A program made the position numbers and the translations under genes. A DNA stretch of 64,000 bases from Vulcanimicrobiota bacterium (GTDB taxonomy: Bacteria > Vulcanimicrobiota > Vulcanimicrobiia > Vulcanimicrobiales > Vulcanimicrobiaceae), in assembly GCA_963777315.1 (NCBI GenBank), contig CAVZQC010000004.1, forward strand, positions 672,001 through 736,000, written 5' to 3'. Numbering within the stretch: the stretch's first letter is position 1; every line of letters begins with the position of its first letter. This document shows, in pieces, positions 60,544-64,000 of the stretch. The notes beneath the pieces were generated by a model. It did no database searches, was not told the origin of the DNA, and worked only from the letters and a program-made list of their open reading frames with translations.

Positions 60544-61451
60544 CAGCATCCCCTGTCGGGGCGCAGAGGATATTCGTGCCCGAGTTGCGCGTCGTTTCCG
60601 CCCTCGCCTTGGATCGGCATAACGTCCCATTTGTAAATGCTGTCCAGAGTCTGATGCAAGGCCTGATCGTAGCTCTTTTGGCCCGGCCGCGTCGGCATGA
60701 ACAGGCCCAGCTCCCCGGAGATGGTCGCGTAATACTGCTGGTGGCAGGTCATGTACTGGAAGGTGCCGTTTTTATCGTCGCCGTTTTGCGGCGTGTTGTA
60801 ATTGGCATCCTGAAGATATTCCGCCAGCCCCAGCGAGCGAAGCTCCAGCGAATCGCAGTGCGCCCACACGATGGGATCATTGCACCATAAAAACGCGAGG
60901 GTGATGTAATACGGGGGCACGTTTTGGTCGTCCGCCGTAAGCGGATCTTCGACCGTTTTGTTGGCCGTGGGCGAATTGTAGTCGACGCCTTGAGCATCGT
61001 CGTCGTGGTTGCCGATCACGGGACGCCCGTCCACGCTGCCCGCGGTAAGCGAGACGTTTCCGCCCAGAACCGAAGCGTTGAGCGACGCCGAGGCTTGCGC
61101 TTGCAGACGCTGCGGACGCAGCACCGATGCGCCTCCATAGCGGTTGTTCAGCGAACCCCACTGCGTGAAATTTACCGGCACGCTCGTGTCCGGAGGATAT
61201 TGCGCGATCGGCGAAACGTTCATCGGCACGCTGGGAAACAACGGGCCGAGCGCCGTGTTGAGGGTTGCGACGTTGGTGGAACCCGAGGCGTAGCCGTGCG
61301 CGAAAAAGAACGTCTTTCCGTCGAGCTGCAGCTGGTAGTATCCCATCAAACCCAGCTGCAGCGCGCCGAAGACCAGCATCAGGGTAAAGCTCAGCGTGAT
61401 TGCCGTTTCGGTCAGCGCGGTCGCCCGGGAGCCGGATGGCGCTGCTCTCAC
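60543..61451 (-). CDS. TadE-like pseudopilin with long C-terminal extension
   Basis: SRATALTETAITL...LVFGALQLG; operon position. Confidence 0.7.
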   Translation of the reverse strand: MRAAPSGSRATALTETAITLSFTLMLVFGALQLGLMGYYQLQLDGKTFFFAHGYASGSTNVATLNTALGPLFPSVPMNVSPIAQYPPDTSVPVNFTQWGSLNNRYGGASVLRPQRLQAQASASLNASVLGGNVSLTAGSVDGRPVIGNHDDDAQGVDYNSPTANKTVEDPLTADDQNVPPYYITLAFLWCNDPIVWAHCDSLELRSLGLAEYLQDANYNTPQNGDDKNGTFQYMTCHQQYYATISGELGLFMPTRPGQKSYDQALHQTLDSIYKWDVMPIQGEGGNDAQLGHEYPLRPDRGC

Positions 61452-61633
61452 GGCGGCGGTCCGATTTGGTAGGTCTGCATCTGACCGGTCGTGTTGGTGA
61501 GCGACGCGCTCGCCGATTTGGATATGGCGATCAGCATCGCCATCGCCGCCGCGCTGAGCAACGAGAGAATGAGGGCGTATTCCGTCATGGACGCACCGCC
61601 CTCGTCCCGCAGCAGAGCCAGAATCCGCGTCAC
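61448..61633 (-). CDS. flp: Flp-family type IVb pilin
   Basis: RDEGGASMTEYALIL. Confidence 0.88.
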   Translation of the reverse strand: MTRILALLRDEGGASMTEYALILSLLSAAAMAMLIAISKSASASLTNTTGQMQTYQIGPPP

Positions 61634-63063
61634 TGGTTGATCAGCACCGGGGTCATCACGAACACCACGTCGGATTGATCGTTCTGATAGTTGGTGGACT
61701 GAAATAACTTGCCCAGGATCGGAATGTCGCCGAGCAGCGGAATCTTCTGGATCGTGCGCTGCTCCACGCGCCGCAGCATTCCCCCCATGACGATTGACTG
61801 CCCCGGCTTGGTGACGACCTTGGTCGAAAGACGGCTTTCCTTGAGCGCGGGAATCAGAAACCCGTTCTGATTTACGCCGTCTTGAAAGTCGAGATCCGAG
61901 ATGTCCGGCTGAATCTGCGCGGCGATCGTACCGTTGGCTTGCAGCGTGGGCGTCACGTTGAGCTGCACGCCGAAGTCCTTGTACAAAATGCTGACCTGTC
62001 CCAGGCCCGTGGAGAACGGAATCGGAATCTGGCCGCCGACCAGGAACGTCGCCTGCGAGCCCGGGGTCGTGACCAGATCGGGCGACGACAGCACGCGCGC
62101 GTGCCCCTCTTGAATGAGCAGATTGAGCGTGGGCGCGAGTGTGATCGTGCGAAAGAACGCCCCCGCTTTGAGCGCCGCGCCGGCCGGTTCGCTATTTTCG
62201 ACCGCGGGAAACGACGGCGGCCCCAACGTGTACGTTCCGTCCGGATGGAACGTGGCGGATTGCAGCTGTACGCCCAGGTTCTTCATTGCCGTATGATCGA
62301 CTTCGAGCACGTAGACTTTGATGTCGATCTGCGACGAATGGGCGACCTCCAAACGATTGAGGACTTTACCTTCGGCGGCAAGATACGGGCCGGCGAGCGT
62401 CTGCGCGCGCGTGACGACGCGCTCGGCGACCTGCTCGTCGGGCACGTGTCCGCTTACGATGATGTTGCCTTTGCCGTCGGGTTCGATCTGCAGCCCCGAC
62501 ACGCCGGGAATGCCCGTAAAATCGCCCTGAATAGAGCCCAAGGAATGTGAGATCCGCACCGCGTTGACGATCGAGTATTTGTTCTCGTGCGCGTACTCGT
62601 TGAAATGACCCAGAACGTCGCCCAGTTCGACGTATCCGGCCATGTCTTGCACGCTCCCCCGCACGATAACCGCTCGTCCGAAGCTCATCACCTGTACGTT
62701 GGGCTCGGATATGGCCGCGCGCAGCATGTCTGCAACGCCGTCGACCATCTGACTGGACACGACGACTTCGTACGTCGAGCGCTGGTCACCCGACCACACA
62801 AAGACCGAGGTGTGTCCCGCGGCCTTTCCGTTGAGCACCAGCTGCGAGCGGCCTATGGCCACCACGCCCAAGCAGTCCGCATCCCCCACCGCAACGCGGC
62901 GCAGATTTTTTACGGGAAGAACCATCGAATGGCCCGTTTGTAGCGCGAGATAATGGACTTCTTCGGCGCTGGACTTCCCAGGCAGCGCCGCGAGCGCGCA
63001 GACGAAGGTCCCCGCACACACCAGCCGCATCCACTGCAATAGGCCAAAAGGCCTTCCTATCAT
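61630..63063 (-). CDS. cpaC: Tad secretin CpaC/RcpA with BON-like domains
   Basis: RVAVGD, G.T...VW, ARVLSSPDL, FLVGGQIPIP, FGVQL.VTP, KIPLLGDIPILGKLF. Confidence 0.92.
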   Translation of the reverse strand: MIGRPFGLLQWMRLVCAGTFVCALAALPGKSSAEEVHYLALQTGHSMVLPVKNLRRVAVGDADCLGVVAIGRSQLVLNGKAAGHTSVFVWSGDQRSTYEVVVSSQMVDGVADMLRAAISEPNVQVMSFGRAVIVRGSVQDMAGYVELGDVLGHFNEYAHENKYSIVNAVRISHSLGSIQGDFTGIPGVSGLQIEPDGKGNIIVSGHVPDEQVAERVVTRAQTLAGPYLAAEGKVLNRLEVAHSSQIDIKVYVLEVDHTAMKNLGVQLQSATFHPDGTYTLGPPSFPAVENSEPAGAALKAGAFFRTITLAPTLNLLIQEGHARVLSSPDLVTTPGSQATFLVGGQIPIPFSTGLGQVSILYKDFGVQLNVTPTLQANGTIAAQIQPDISDLDFQDGVNQNGFLIPALKESRLSTKVVTKPGQSIVMGGMLRRVEQRTIQKIPLLGDIPILGKLFQSTNYQNDQSDVVFVMTPVLINQ

Positions 63064-63130
63064 ACCGATTCTCCATAACCGGAAGGAAAACTGCGCATAT
63101 TGCGCGGTCCGATTATGCCACGAAATACCG

Positions 63131-63148
63131 GCGTTTACGCGTAAACGC
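63131..63148. promoter_or_regulatory. Perfect 18-bp palindrome in the divergent Tad promoter region
   Basis: GCGTTTACGCGTAAACGC is its own reverse complement. Confidence 0.55.
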
Positions 63149-63237
63149 GTTCTAAGCGGTTGGTAAAACTTGCGACAGTGCCATTCACGAAAGTGCCCCG
63201 CCCAGGTATCATGGTGCCACGCAAGGAGGGGTTGTGC

Positions 63238-63648
63238 GTGTCGATACTTCGACGGATCGCCGTATTAGCGGTTGCACTGAGCACATGCGCGGTACCTTTG
63301 GATCGTGCCGCAGCGGCATCGCCATTGACGATCCAAGTTCGGCATCACGATGGAATGGAGGCGCTTGATGTCTCCGGCGCGGGCTTGTCCCGATCGCCGG
63401 TGAGCATCACGATGTACGCAGCCATCTCCAGAGATGTGCCGGTTACATTCCTCAATACCTGGACCGTTCAAACCGGTTCCGACGGGCGCTTTTCGATTGT
63501 CGCGCCAATCGCAAGCGATTACTTCAGAGGAACCATCATCACCGTGCGCGCTGATTCAGCCGACGGATCTTCGGCAACCGCTTCGTGGGTCGTCGATCGT
63601 CCGGGTGTGCAGCAGATTCCTGCCGCAGACGACATTTCGGACCATTAG
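63238..63648 (+). CDS. Hypothetical secreted Ig-like protein
   Basis: AAGGAGG RBS, GTG 63238, signal peptide, 'DGRFS' beta motif. Confidence 0.7.
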   Translation: MSILRRIAVLAVALSTCAVPLDRAAAASPLTIQVRHHDGMEALDVSGAGLSRSPVSITMYAAISRDVPVTFLNTWTVQTGSDGRFSIVAPIASDYFRGTIITVRADSADGSSATASWVVDRPGVQQIPAADDISDH

Positions 63649-63676
63649 CCGCAAGCACATCGTAGGGAGAGACACA

Positions 63677-63832
63677 ATGAAACTCGTGAACATACTCAAA
63701 GACGATTCCGGCGCCACGATGGTGGAATACGGAATCATGGTCGCGCTGATTGCGGCCGTTTGCATCGTGCTCGTTACTGCCCTGGGCAAAAACGTCAGCA
63801 CGGCGTTCTCGACCGTCAACAGCGCCATCTAA
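63677..63832 (+). CDS. flp: Flp-family type IVb pilin (probable major pilin)
   Basis: GGGAG RBS; KDDSGATMVEYGIMVALIA. Confidence 0.93.
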   Translation: MKLVNILKDDSGATMVEYGIMVALIAAVCIVLVTALGKNVSTAFSTVNSAI

Positions 63833-63913
63833 GGAACGCGAAGAATCGCCGGGCGGCCGCGCCGCTTTGAAAGCGGCTCGGCTGCTCGTCGTTCGCGCGA
63901 CACACTGTTTGCC

Positions 63914-64000
63914 GTGACGATATTCTTGCCGGCTTGGATCATCGCGGGTGCAGCCTGCGCAGTCGCCGTCATAACCGACGTGCGCGCGCGGCGCATACCG
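63914..64000 (+). CDS. A24 prepilin peptidase (CpaA/TadV), truncated by window end
   Basis: GTG start; ...AVITDVRARRIP matches the A24 N-terminal motif; follows flp. Confidence 0.75.
   Translation, partial: MTIFLPAWIIAGAACAVAVITDVRARRIP

Noticed and set aside
63078..63092. SRP RNA (CCGGAAGGAA resembles the domain IV loop)
   Set aside because: The flanking CAGG and GCAGC elements and the long stem are missing.

Overview
High-GC bacterial chromosome segment, mostly core genes. Gene content (Gly-rich lipoprotein S8/S53 proteases, Firmicute-like rpsU-yqeY-nfeD-floA-phoH-ybeY-dgkA-cdd-recO order together with an outer-membrane secretin) would fit Eremiobacterota/Vulcanimicrobiota, but that assignment is inference only. 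About 60 CDS and 6 tRNAs are supportable: a GH35 glycosidase, aroA, a tRNA cluster containing tadA, pyrG-prmC-prfA-rpmE, leuCD, a split glutamine-dependent NAD synthetase with cinA, glpX, a GT-C glycosylation trio and the start of a Tad pilus locus. The most notable items are: (1) a 111-bp structured tandem array built from the 3' end of tRNA-Ser(CGA), each unit carrying a 16-nt perfect antisense to that tRNA and leading into an HNH nuclease gene; (2) a six-gene translationally coupled operon with LuxE- and LuxC-like genes plus a class III aminotransferase but no luciferase; (3) a tadA start codon that shares its A with the CCA end of tRNA-Arg(CCG); (4) a CIRCE operator over the promoter of an FmdB-type zinc-ribbon gene; (5) an uncalled 58-aa YqfB-like microprotein and three probable non-canonical starts. 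Several single-base insertions (leuC, nadE, GNAT, tRNA-CAT) look like assembly errors. All product calls are from motif recognition by eye; no database searches were run.
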